The notes beneath the pieces were generated by a model, which saw only the letters and a list, made by a program, of their open reading frames with translations, did no database searches and was not told the origin of the DNA. The translations under genes and the position numbers were made by a program. From positions 1,141,936 to 1,205,935 of the forward strand of contig NW_019217797.1 of the NCBI RefSeq assembly GCF_002571385.2: a stretch of 64,000 nt of DNA, written 5' to 3'. This document shows positions 26,529 through 38,387 of this stretch, piece after piece (positions within the stretch are counted from its first letter, which is position 1; each line of letters starts with the position of its first letter). Source of the stretch: Stylophora pistillata (lineage: Eukaryota).

Positions 26529-29500
26529 TTATAAATCAAATCGTTATTTGTTTCATCTTAACATGCTAACAAAGGTACTGCACCATTATTTTTGAGGACG
26601 CAAAATGATAAGGGAGACTGTGCAGATGTAACTTAAGAGATTCCCAAAGGCAAGTAACTTGGTTATTCAGTTGCTCCGCTTTTCTGATTTAAGACTGATC
26701 TATAATCTAGTTATCAAACGAGGAGTTGTCATGCTAATATTTAATGTCGCAAAATAACTTCAAGCTCTTTACTAAGGTTTTGAAGCCAGTTTGTTGATTT
26801 GTTATTTTAGGGGCGTCTTTCAGTAAAATGGACTGCTATTGAAGCTCTATTCTATGAAAAATATTCAACAAAAAGTGATGTGTGAGTATAATCTTGGGTG
26901 TATGAGTGAATTGCGTTCGCTAGTCGTGAGTAACTTTATGAATGCGAGTATTGGGGAAAGGTGACCGGTGCCGTTGCGGCAGAGTCAAGTGAAACGGGAA
27001 GAGTAATTACGTCCTACTGTAGTTGGCATGGGCCGCCTGTCTTAGGAAACTATCAGATCACGAGGATCTAGAATATCCTTACTTCCTACGTTTTCCATGC
27101 ACTGAATTCTGTAACACTAAATAGTTCGCCAGGCCGAGATTTTCACGGCTGTTCCATTGAAAAGCTTTAAAACTCATCATTGGCTCATATTTCTGAATAG
27201 GTGGAGCTACGGGGTTCTCCTCTAGGAGATTTTTACGATAGGTGAGATGTCAGGGTGATGACAGGCCATGTCATAAATGAAGTGGTCGAGTCTAACTTCT
27301 GAACTGCATTGACTCTTGGAATACCAATGGCTGCCATTTCATGCACAATTAATTTTTTTGTGGCTCAGGTGACAAGTTTGTCCGAGGTCCTTTCCTTAAA
27401 AACTAGATCAAAGAATGTTAACATACTTCTATGTTATGGCCAGACCGCATCTTGCAAAGGTTGTTCGTTCCGATTAAGAGAAAATGATAAACAGCTCATT
27501 ACAATTATGGACGTGGTGTGTATAACTTTATTTCAACCAAGAAAGATAATAAGGCTCAGATTTACCCGCTGGCGCGCCATTTGCAAAAGGTAAGGAATTT
27601 TTATTTTTTATTCTTGGATATGTGTTAGACTGCGTTTAGTAACAGCAAACGATCTGTTTCAGGTGGTTTACCGTATCCAAAGATGGATGGCAAGAAAATT
27701 CCCAAGCTACTACAAGAGGGATACAGAATGCCTAAACCAATGCACGTGGCTGACGATTTGTACGAGACTCTTGTGTTCCAGTTGTGGTATTATGCTGCGC
27801 GCATGATCTTGTTTCTGATTTTGCAGCGCAAACCTATTTTACGTTTTGCGTTTCCCTCTGAGAAAAAATAGAACTAGGAGAGTGTAGTGAACATCCTTTA
27901 CCTGTAAATTGCGCAGATTTCTTCCTTTAGTCGATACATTTAGAATTTCCTTTACGGATTAAGGTCTACTCAAAGTGAAAACCCTTAGAGGAATTTTTCT
28001 TGTACCAAGATATCAGGGAGGTAAAATTGTTCATGATAACGCTCTCTGTGATTTTAGGTTCGTGATTATGGCAAAGAGCTGGGAGGACGATCCCGAAAAG
28101 AGACCAACTTTCTAAAAGCTGAAGACCGAACTCACAGAAGTGGAGAACCAACGCGAGGTTTGATTTATAAAATCTACATTGAAGCTCCTATTTTCATTAT
28201 CGAAACTTAACGCTGGCGATCAATTTTTATTGATACTAATTTCCCTCAGCATTTTTGTTTTAATTTCTGGGAATGCCTGACGCAGATCTCAATCCTGTCT
28301 CTGTGAATAGGCGGCTAATTTGCAACTTCATCACTGGTAACTTGTGCACGTAAGAGCAAGAGTGAAAAGGTGCATTGCGCTGAACGAAGAACCATGCTGC
28401 GCTCATGAAGAAGAAAATCAGTCTGATCTAACCATCCATACTTTACGTCAGTTTGCTTTTTGAAAACTGGTGTTTGTTGGTGGTGTTGGAGTAGTTTTGT
28501 TTTGAACTAGATATCGGTATTCTTGTATCTTACAGAGGCTGCTGAACTTGGAAACTTTCGACGACCGACTTTACGAAAACGTCGGCGAGGATTAAGAAGC
28601 AGAGGAGATAGAATCTCTCCTGAAATGAGGAATGAAACAGGAGATCTTGCAGCCCTGTGTCCTGAGAAGACGTAGAAAAGTCATTTCTGCAGCGTATTTC
28701 AATGAAAGTTTTATCTGAAACGTGGAATTAAACGTATTAATNNNNTNGGNNAANTTNCNNAANTTNNANNGNNAAANGNANNNNNNNTNANNTNNNCNAN
28801 NNNNNNAANNNCACCAAAAAAAAGTGGGTTTTCAGTGTCAAATCGTTATATCCTCTGTCTGAATAAATTCCTCTCCTTTAGACCTCCCAACGGTAATCAT
28901 TGATTAATTGCGAGAAGTAGGAATCATAGTAAGGAGAGTCTTAGGGTAATTCGGTAGGACTGCGTTGCTTATCCCTATTGCGCAAAGAATAATTAAGCCA
29001 CGCGGAGAGAATTAAATACGCATTAAATTATAATAGCAGCTTTTGTTATGCCCAAACCTGTAACAAAGGTAAATACCGAGGTTCTCGTAGGTGGCTCCCC
29101 TACGATGAATTTGGACTGAATTGGAAGCATCAAGGCCCAGTAGAAGAGTGAAATGATAACATGGCGGTCCAATTTTTAAAGATCCTTGTGGCAAGATCGG
29201 GAAATTTGATGTTAAGTTAATAAAATATTATTTTAGGGGTATTTGGGCTTCTTATGTCCCGTAACAATTTTTAAGGTTTTCAAATTACGAGCACTTCCCG
29301 CGCATCTCCCGAAATGAACAATCAGAACAAAAAGCATTAAGGGCGAACTCAAGATCGGTGACCCAACTTCTTCCTTATTTTTTTTTTCGATCGACTTATT
29401 TATGACTGACGACTGTGGCGAGTTTAATAAAATCTTTATCATACGTCTTCTTCTACGATTTTACCAAACGAGATGTATAACATTAACTCAACCAATCAAT

Positions 29501-31041
29501 GGTATACCCTGCTTTTGTCTTCTCATAATTTCTAAAACACTCAAAGGGGATTTTATTCCTTTGAAGGATTTTTCGGCAGACATCGATTTGCTCCTTATGG
29601 AACGCTTGCTAGGCGTCTACCTTCTCCCCGGCAGCCCTTCCTCTCCCTCTGATTTTGTCTCCCTTTTAAGATGTTTAACTCAAACCAAGGAAATAATATG
29701 AAATATGTTTGAATATAGTGATATGCACTTTTGCCTTGCCCTAAAACTGCTTTGTTGTTTTTGGCTCATGGGCCTTTGTATCGAGCGGATTGGTGAAAAC
29801 GACTCCAGATCCCTCAAAAATTGGAGGAAAGCTTCTAAAGGCAAAAGCCTTCTCCGTAAAATTTTCACACTTTATTTCCAAAACATCTGCAGTTTTTTTC
29901 GTGTCCAAAAGTTTCTCATATTTTCCTTAAGTCGAATAATGCGAGACAGTGCCACAACTTCTCTATGAATTATTCGAGTAAGTCAGTCGCCACCTTGAGC
30001 TTTTAACGAAATGCAAAAGAGACTTTAAAATAGGCATTTGTGTATCATTGTTTTGTAGTTATTGCATATCGTTCTCAAAATTGTGGATGCAAGGCCACAT
30101 CTCGATCCCGTTAAACGTTAGATGAAGGCGCTTTGAGAGCAGAGTGGTATGCAAAAAAAAAAAAAAGACTTCAGAGCTCTTCGATACTTTATTTTTACAA
30201 AAAAATTTAAATATGATATACTGCTTGACTGATATGATAAATATGAGAAACCAATGTAACATTGTCATCAGTATAGGAGTTACCGTGCAAACCTTTCAAT
30301 GAAATTGAACGCCAAAAGAAAAAGAAATCAATTATGGGTTGTTTTTTTTTTACATTGACTTTCCCATAATTTCTTTTCATAAAATCTCATAAAATTACCA
30401 TATGGGTTACATCTTTGCGAAAAAATAGACCAATTATCTCACATAGTGAGTATTGAGTAATTCTTCGATCGGCCGAAACTTGAATGACTTAAGTATCTGA
30501 GATGCTAATCGAAGGTGAATTATAATTAGATGAAACTATTCTAACCTGGCCTAAACCAAGCGCCCATTTCCTGATAATTTTTTTTATAAAAGCTATAAAA
30601 GACTATCTCCACAATTTTATAGTCCCTTTTCAAAACCAAGGGAACTTGGGAATTCTAGACTGCTATGCGAGGGCACACCTACTTCTATCTTGAATTTGTG
30701 CAACAGTTTTTAAATTCTCTCTATCTCTATCGTTCTAAGATGGTCTATTTAGACATATACATATATACTGCACATGATAACATTTTAGCAATTACTAAGA
30801 GGCTTAGAAGATTACTACAGCTATTCCGGTCATTAGAAATCATAAAATCTCTGGTTTGTTGACTATTACTCCCACCTTGATGAAAAAGTGGAGTTATTAA
30901 CTTAGGAATATAAAAAACATGGGAGATAAATGTAACAATTTGTTAATTAATATCTTCCACACATCAAATGCATCACCATTATTCAAAGAAAAGAGTTAAT
31001 GAGATTCCCACTTATTTTTATTTTATTCATAGAAGTCTAGG

Positions 31042-31145
31042 CTAGTAAAAATGTAATTCAACTGTTTCTTTAACGGCATCTCCTCCACTCGTCGTTCTTT
31101 CAAGGGTGTACGTGGCGCGTTTAGCATTTGCAAGGACGTTCGGAT
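31042..31145 (-). CDS. Candidate terminal cytoplasmic exon of gene B
   Basis: Strong acceptor ttatttccctttgcAG, phase 1, reads PNVLANAKRATYTLERTTSGGDAVKETVELHFY*. An alternative earlier stop exon lies at 33236-33258. Confidence 0.35.
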
Positions 31146-32065
31146 CTGCAAAGGGAAATAAAACAATTATTCATCATTTAGTCTCTTTCCCTTGCAGGGT
31201 AGGTTGTTTTTCTCTTCTTTAGAGAGCGTTCTGAAATATCTAAATCATAACTTAACCTGAGTTATGATTACAGATTCTGTTCCATACTGGTATTTTTATC
31301 GGCTTTCACCTACAATTATTGACCAGAAAATTTTGCTCTCGCCTTAATTCCACGAGCAAGTCCGCATTCGCTTTTCTAAGTTCGTCGCACGAGTATTTTT
31401 TTCGAGACAATACCCGTCTTATTTTGGGTCTCAACATCTTCAAGTCCATGACTCACCCTACGTATTGTACTAAGAAATTTCACGTAAAGGACGCTAATGG
31501 CTGCCATAATTATAAGCTCAACTATAGCATTGTCGGCAAAAGTCCAAATTTGATATGAAGCACTCGCAACAGCAAACGAGTTGATAATACTTGCCATAAG
31601 TCTCAGATTTTCGTTTTCATACGTACCCATACTGTGCAGGATCCCCTTATTTCCTAAATGAAGAACACAGATGATTTCAAGGAACTCAATGTTTTCTACG
31701 TTTTTGATAAAATACTTGTTTAGATTTTATGAATAAAAGTATTTTGACCGGTGGTTGAGATAACAAGTGACGAACTCCTCTCTGCTGGTTAATTCAACCT
31801 TAAGTAGTTCCATTACAAAGAAAACAGACGTTGAATAGGGAAATAAAAAGATCAACTCAAAATTTGCTTCACTCTTGGCTTGGTGAATAACAGCACCTAT
31901 ATGGAAGGATATGATATCGGACCTCATCGGAACTTTATCTTTCAAATGTAAATCTGCAAAGATCAATTTGTCCGATTGTTGTTGGCATTTCCTAGAATCT
32001 AAGACTTAAGGCGCATAGTACAAGGTCATTTTGAAAATAGAAACAAATCAGTTATTTGTAGTAGT

Positions 32066-32322
32066 AAAGCCTGCTTACGAGCCAAGTGGCCCATTGGGCC
32101 GGCGCTTAACTTCCGGGTTTCCGTGGCAAGAAGCGACTAGGAGCATTTCTACTCCCCCCTGCATGGAATGCTAGTCCATCACAGCATTAAATTGGCCGGT
32201 GCCCTTTTAATACTCCTGGGTGAAGAGAAGCACTGTGAGAGTAAACTGTGTTGCCTAAGAACACAACACAATGTCCCCGGCCAGGGCTCGAGTGCAGTAA
32301 CTGTCAGGCCACCGCGCCTCCA
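32066..32322 (-). mobile_element. tRNA-derived SINE (cnidarian SINE2-like)
   Basis: GAGGCGCGGTGGCCT...CGAGCCCTGGCCGGGGACATTGTGTTGTGTTCTT...GGACTAGCAT body, typical of core-domain SINEs. Confidence 0.7.
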
Positions 32323-33727
32323 TGTTTTCATTCCACTACAACGTTAATATTTACCTTTTCAAAAGTATGCATTCAACTGATAATGTAGTATTCAACTACA
32401 GTATCAAGTTTTCCTTCAAGGGCGAAAGTGAGTAATATTTTATTCAAAGGAGTGAAACAGGATCCGAAATACGCCGAGCAGTTGCCGATTGGAAATAAAC
32501 TAATTAAATTTATATTGCCGATACTTACGACTGATCTGTAGACTTTTCTCATTTCCACTCAATGGTTTTTGTTCCATTTCTGGTTATGAATAAAATAATT
32601 AAAATATATTAGTTTTATTACTTATTTCCTTGCATTCCTCATCAAAGTTAGCCCAGAGCTAATTCACTTTGGAAAAATACTCGCATTGTTTTAATCATAA
32701 AAGTCCTATAGATTGTTAACTAAAGATACAAACAAAAGAACATTTCGGAAGAGCATAAGTCTAAAATCTGGTAAATGATTAACTCTTCGTTCGTTTGTAA
32801 ATTTTTTCGTTTGTTGTATTTTTTTGTTTTTTGTTTTCGTTAGTTGAAAGTGAAATTTCGGACCAAGCGAGCCGGTAGGGACAGTACTGAACATAACAAA
32901 GGCTTATAAACATGCCGAGTCCCGTAACTGACATTGAATGTGGGTAGAGAAGTAAATCTTCCAAGAGAAATCGAAATGGACAATCCGAGTTTTAAAGAAT
33001 TCACGGTCGATTGAATTGTAATCTAACATACGGTGATAAAAATTACACACAGTTAACAATCGGATAGTATATATATATATATTGTCGTTTTCAAAAACAA
33101 AGCAAACAAAAAAAAAATTATGAAGGATATAACCAAACTGGCATAACTGTCAAATTTCATACAAATCACGATGGTGTAAGACAGAGTGCGATCATGTCTA
33201 GGTCTATCTCGGCTAGCTAGCTCATCTTGGTGATCTCAGGTCATCTCAAAGAAGCGACCTTAGAAATAAAATCATACGCCCTTCGAGTGAACAACTTAAA
33301 AGCTTTCTCCTTCCGATCCGTTGAGCGGAAGGCCACATGCATCAGTCACTGCAGCCAAGTTTTAAGACGAGCCATCTTCATGTTTCTGTGAATTCGGCTG
33401 TCGTTCATTCATAAAGTATAAGCCTTGAGCAGTTTGTTTTCTAACAGTCGTGTGGAAAAACTTGCGTGTTTTTATGAGCCACATTTTGACCAGGTTTTAC
33501 TGAACAATTCATTGAAAATTAAGACTAAAATACTTCAGGCAAGTGTTGAATTCGACTTGCTGAACCACGTCTCCCTACACTTCTTTCGTGTTGTAGCCGC
33601 TTCCTAAGTGCTTTACCACAGAAAAGAGGACAGCCAAGGCTTCTCTGTTTGTTAAATCAAAGGGGATGGAAGAAGGTCAGAAGATGTTGTAGACGTAACT
33701 AATTAAATCCATATCTTCAATACATAC

Positions 33728-33784
33728 TGCAGATCTGTACACCTTCTTCAGTTCCAGTTAATGGTTTAGTTTCAGCTTCATCTT
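33728..33784 (-). CDS. Gene B cytoplasmic micro-exon
   Basis: AG/GT flanked, phase 1-1, EDEAETKPLTGTEEGVQIC. Confidence 0.5.
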
Positions 33785-34462
33785 CTAGACATGCATAGAG
33801 GAATTCGATAGATTAGACTTATTAACTTTAGGCCGGCGACAATTTACCTACAAAACATATCTCGCTTTATTCCATTTGATAAAGTCATGGTCAACGTCAT
33901 GGTTTTGTTTGTGATAAGCAGGATGCAAATTCTTTATTAATTGAGGGTAGCACACCATAGTATGACAAAGTCTGATAAACTATTGACCCTTTTACAAACA
34001 AATAAACATGCTAAAATCAAATCAAGCATTACAAAGGACTAAAAATATGTTACAAACTATGAAATAATTGTAGATAAACAGAAATAGACTCAGTACAAAT
34101 TAAAGATAGTTTTAACGAGGTCAATTTTCTCTCGTTACTTAATACCAGTACTTATTTCTCAAAAATCATTTGAAAAAAAAAAGTATTTTGACTGACGAAA
34201 CTGTTCTTCCTGCTAAAATTGTAAATATGTGGAGATCAATCTGCTGCTTATTGATGATATAGCTTGTAATACTTGATGCACGTTAATCCTTTCAAAAAAA
34301 TTTACTTCTTTATCTTTTTCTTCTCTAGATCTCACTTTCTTGGCATTTAAATGCCTAATTTTCTTTGGAGGTGGAAGTAGAGATAGATTTTATGTAAAGG
34401 GTGAAGCATGGTTAGAATATGTTGTCGACCTGACTAGTTAACTATAAATCTTCGACACATAC

Positions 34463-34507
34463 CATTCAGCTGATCTCTTTCTCCATTTCCACGTGATGAT
34501 GGTTTAT
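34463..34507 (-). CDS. Gene B cytoplasmic micro-exon
   Basis: AG/GTATGT flanked, 45 nt, phase 1-1, DKPSSRGNGERDQLN. Confidence 0.55.
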
Positions 34508-34944
34508 CTTTCAAAGCGGTCCGAAGCAGGATAATTTGATGAAAAAAAGATTAGTACTTCTTTCTTAGTATTTTTCGNNNNNNNNNNNNNNNNNNNNNNN
34601 NNNNNNNNNNNNNNNNNNNNNNNNNNNNNNNNNNNNNNNNNNNNNNNNNNNNNNNNNNNNNNNNNNNNNNNNNNNNNNNNNNNNNNNNNNNNNNNNNNNN
34701 NNNNNNNNNNNNNNNNNNNNNNNNNNNNNNNNNNNNNNNNNNNNNNNNNNNNNNNNNNNNNNNNNNNNNNNNNNNNNNNNNNNNNNNNNNNNNNNNNNNN
34801 NNNNNNNNNNNNNNNNNNNNNNNNNNNNNNNNNNNNNNNNNNNNNNNNNNNNNNNNNNNNNNNNNNNNNNNNNNNNNNNNNNNNNNNNNNNNNNNNNNNN
34901 NNNNNNNNNNNNNNNNNNNNNNNNNNNNNNNNNNNNNNNNNNNN

Positions 34945-34978
<34 letters not shown>

Positions 34979-35081
34979 CTCTATTTAACGTGGGTAGGAA
35001 CACTTAGCTGAAGCTAGTTTACATGTTTTCCACAAACAGTTTACAGGTTTTCCACTTGTATCTGTTAGTTGGCATACTTAC

Positions 35082-35180
35082 CTTTTTTCCATCGTCTCCA
35101 ACAAACCCAGAAAGCAAAGGCAATGAACAAAAGAAACAACAAAGATCCCGACAAAGAACCGACTAATATCCATGTGGACC
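35082..35180 (-). CDS. Gene B transmembrane exon
   Basis: GSTWILVGSLSGSLLFLLFIAFAFWVCWRRWKK, AG/GTAAGT, phase 1-1. Confidence 0.85.
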
Positions 35181-36059
35181 CTGACGAAATAAACATTTGC
35201 TGATCAGTCGCAAATTTTAAAGCAAAGTGTATGACATCGTATTAATTCTGTTTCTTTTTTCCTGAGGCAGAAGTAAATATTTGCTGTATATGATGTTGTA
35301 TTAAAATATTTTTTCCCTGCGGCAGAAGGAAACATTTACTGTATATGACGTATGAATTTTACTTTTTTCTTAGCAGAAATATACATTTTCTTACCAGTCG
35401 TAAATTTCAAAGCAAAAATTATGACATCATATTAATTTTGTTGTTTTCTGAGGCAGAAAACTCTATGAACGTACATATGCTGGTGGTACCAGTCTAATAT
35501 GAGATATTCAATGCAGTTTTAACGATGAACTCAAACATTTTAAGGTTGGGGTCTACTGGAAATTTTATTCCCGACTAATGTATTCGAAGTACATTTAATT
35601 TCCTTTGCAGCAGCACTGGCCTTTCGCTTAGACTTTGTCTAAATTTAGGAACAGCGCCTTTTTATGATCAATGGTTCTAATGTTGTAGATTTTAGCCATC
35701 TTACATTACAGATTCTTTGCACAAGACGGGAGGGGTGAACTTATTTCAAAACAAAACTCTCGTTAACTGATATGCCATCTCGGGTCACGGGCTGGCCACG
35801 ACTTCTTATCATTGCAAATTCTCTACTGAATTTAGAGTGAAATTTGCCTAGAAAAACTGGCGCTTTCTCGTTACATTTGATTGCAACTAAAAATTAAAGG
35901 GGAACGGTTTATTTTGATTGTCTATTCCGCAAGGATTTAGCTTAATTGCCTTGACTGATCGGGCCCAGACCCGGCCATATGCGGTAAGTGATTAGGTATG
36001 TTGCCGTTCAAACCACACGCACGTCTTCGTAGAGTCTTCAAAGAATAGTAGTCAGATAC

Positions 36060-36250
36060 CTGAGGAGGATACCCTCGGCGAACTTGTTGCTGAAATAATG
36101 GCATCTTGAGGTGCCATGATCGACAGTGGATCTATTGTGAATTTTCCGAGTTTTCTGTCCAGCGCGGCGTGTTTCAGGGCAGAAAAAATGTTGTCGTTGC
36201 GTACTGTTCGTTCGAATCTTAAATTGAAAATTACAACCACGCTGCCTCTT
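36060..36250 (-). CDS. Gene B SEA-domain exon 3 (GSVVV) plus Ser-rich stalk
   Basis: RGSVVVIFNLRFERTVRNDNIFSALKHAALDRKLGKFTIDPLSI..., phase 2-1. Confidence 0.85.
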
Positions 36251-36363
36251 CTGTTAAAACAAAGAAAACAAGACATAAATTGAAAAGAAAATACTTCCAC
36301 ACTAAAAGTTATATCATAGGGTTCTACTTTTGCAAACTTTGAAAAAAAAACTGAGTCACTCAC

Positions 36364-36422
36364 TCAAAACGTAGGATTTCAACGCTTTTGAAGTTCTTAT
36401 CAGTTCTGAAAAAATCTCCAAT
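36364..36422 (-). CDS. Gene B SEA-domain exon 2
   Basis: 59 nt, IGDFFRTDKNFKSVEILRFE, phase 0-2; same size in genes A and C. Confidence 0.85.
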
Positions 36423-36520
36423 CTGGGAAAAAAAAACTATTTTTCAATACGGATTTGTGATCTTTAAAAGGTATGTATGATATGCCATTCTTTCGCATAG
36501 CGATAAACATGAAAACTTAC

Positions 36521-36639
36521 CACTTCAATAACGCGCTTTGAGAGGTGCTGGTATCTTCTGCTCTCTTCGTACATGAGACTTGTGTCAAATTCCTCATTAG
36601 TGATTGTCATCTTTACATTTATCACATTACTGGCTCTTT
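36521..36639 (-). CDS. Gene B SEA-domain exon 1
   Basis: 119 nt, ERASNVINVKMTITNEEFDTSLMYEESRRYQHLSKRVIEV, phase 1-0. Confidence 0.85.
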
Positions 36640-37167
36640 CTAATATGAAAAAAAAAATAGCTGTTACTGCTCTAGGCAAATGCAAATAGTAGAAAGAGAA
36701 AACAAAACAACAAAACCGGAAAAAATAAAGCAGAAATTAAGGGGAATGCAATGTTGTTATGGTAACCTTATAAGTAATAGTCGCAACATGTATATTTATA
36801 TAATATATATATATATATATAATTGAACATATCCCAGAATCACCCTGAAAGAAACAAACTAAAATGTGTGGAAGTTAGGATCCATCGAGGATATGGAATT
36901 TATGGAGTATATAGTTATCATAACCACAATTTCTGTCTGCGGCGCGTGATTACTTAGAAATAAAATTGTCCATATTTGCCCTTAAGCTATCAAATTTCTT
37001 TCGGCTAAGTGGTAAATAAAAATAACTGAAGTACGAAGCAACAAAAGTATTTTTCGATGCTGTCGGTTGGTTTCCTTACATTTATTTTAGCGACCCTCAG
37101 TTAAAGTAATCAGACTAACTATACACTGCTGCAATAATTAATTTCCTCAGATAGCAGTCCTACTAAC

Positions 37168-37413
37168 CCGCAACATCAAGATATGTACGAGCAGTGGCTG
37201 GAGAACCAATTCCATTTTGTGCTGTACATTTATACCATCCGTGGTCGTTGAATCTTGCGGAATCAAAATGAAGTTCACTACCACTCCCGACATTGTTTTT
37301 GTGAGTCCAAGATATGGTCGGTACCGGATTTCCCATCACTCGACAATAGAGGGTTACATTTTTACCCAACTGAACTGTCTGGTTGATAGATATATCCATT
37401 ATCTGGGCAGGAT
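37168..37413 (-). CDS. Gene B Ig domain 3 exon (I-set-like)
   Basis: VTLYCRVMGNPVPTISW...DHGWYKCTAQNGIG, phase 1-1. Confidence 0.9.
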
Positions 37414-37562
37414 CTGTTAAGAAGTAAAAGTTATAGACTTTCCTTTTCTATAGATGCGATAAGTGTTTTTAAGGAACTCAGTTGGTGATGCGGAATAGGC
37501 TGGACATCTTCAGTTTCTTTTACACTGAACTAATTTTACTTACAAATGAATAAAGGCTGATA

Positions 37563-38120
37563 GTTTCGAAAGAAACTGTTTGGGGCTGCGTCGGTGGGAG
37601 TAACGAAATAATTTGGATATATCAACAAAGTTGAAATGGTAAATTGGCCACCGTAATGATTACAAAAGCTGACGTTTCGAGCGTTAGCCCTTCGTCGGAG
37701 CGAATAGAGGAATTGTGGGTTGTGTGTGCTTTTAAAGGCAGAAAATGGAGCTACGTTATTGGTGGGTGCATGGCAACGAGAAAAACATGAATAAATTAGT
37801 GGAATGAAAAGCGTTCATTGATCCCTGTGGGATTTAGACTGCCGGTTTGAAAGATGAGCTTTTGTTCAAGATTTTTACGGCTTTCCGTGCCACCTAAGTG
37901 CAAGGAAAGACCGCAGATTGCCATATGTTGCTTAGAATGATTAGGTAAATTAAAATGTCTAGCGACTGGTTTCGATGTGTCCTTGTCATTCCTTTCCACG
38001 TCTCGAAGGTGTTCTCGGAATCGGTCACCTAGTCTTCTGCCTGTTTCGCCGATGTATATCTATTTGCAATNTTACGGTGGCCAATTTACCATTTTAACTT
38101 TGTTGATATATCCAAATTAT
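37563..38120 (-). mobile_element. 5'-truncated Penelope-like element (GIY-YIG end plus pLTR) with an inverted terminal duplication
   Basis: YIGETGRRLGDRFREHLRDVE...PVARHFN...GINE (37796-38060), a hammerhead motif, and a 49-bp inverted repeat at 37608-37656 / 38072-38120. Confidence 0.9.
37668..37701 (-). ncRNA. Minimal type I hammerhead ribozyme motif (core variant CCGACGA)
   Basis: GCT-CCGACGA-AGGGC TAAC GCTC-GAAAC-GTC-AGC. Stem I is GCT/AGC and stem III is the palindromic ACGT. Confidence 0.7.
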
Positions 38121-38132
38121 AATTTTACTTAC

Positions 38133-38387
38133 AGTTTACATCAACTTCGCAGAATTCTCTGCTGTTGTTTCCAATTCCGTTCCAAGCAAGGCACTCGTAT
38201 CTACCAGAGTCGCTGCGTTTGATGTCTTCTATAAACAGTATTTCACGGTTTGAAAGTGTCTCTCTTGTATTCGCTCTGTTCCATACAACACTCGGCAACG
38301 GATTACCGGTGAAATTACATACAAGTTTGACATTGTCACCTTCCGTGAGGGCACTGGGACATTGCACTGATGTTATACTTGGTGGGA
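38133..38387 (-). CDS. Gene B Ig domain 2 exon
   Basis: PPSITSVQCPSALTEGDNVKLVCNFTGNPLPSVVW...DSGRYECLAWNGIG, 255 nt, phase 1-1. Confidence 0.9.

Larger units (their letters stand above)
15764..28595 (+). pseudogene. Gene A: unprocessed pseudogene of an Ig-SEA-TM receptor tyrosine kinase (RET/FGFR-like family)
   Basis: Exon remnants: Ig 15764-16237, 17291-17896, 18599-~18810, 21260-21570, 21959-22240; SEA 23357-23415, 23512-23699; TM 23825-23911; kinase ~24830-24868, 25053-~25243, 26239-26361, 26811-26881, 27201-27241, 27663-27759, 28058-28157, 28536-28595. Lesions include in-frame stops (~15877, 18621, 22009, 27223, 28113), a frameshift, TE insertions, HRD to HQD, DFG to NFG, and no visible GxGxxG/VAVK exon. 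Confidence 0.88.

Noticed and set aside
25053-28595. Gene A as a functional pseudokinase (HQD/NFG)
   Set aside because: In-frame stops and lost exons indicate decay rather than a selected pseudokinase.
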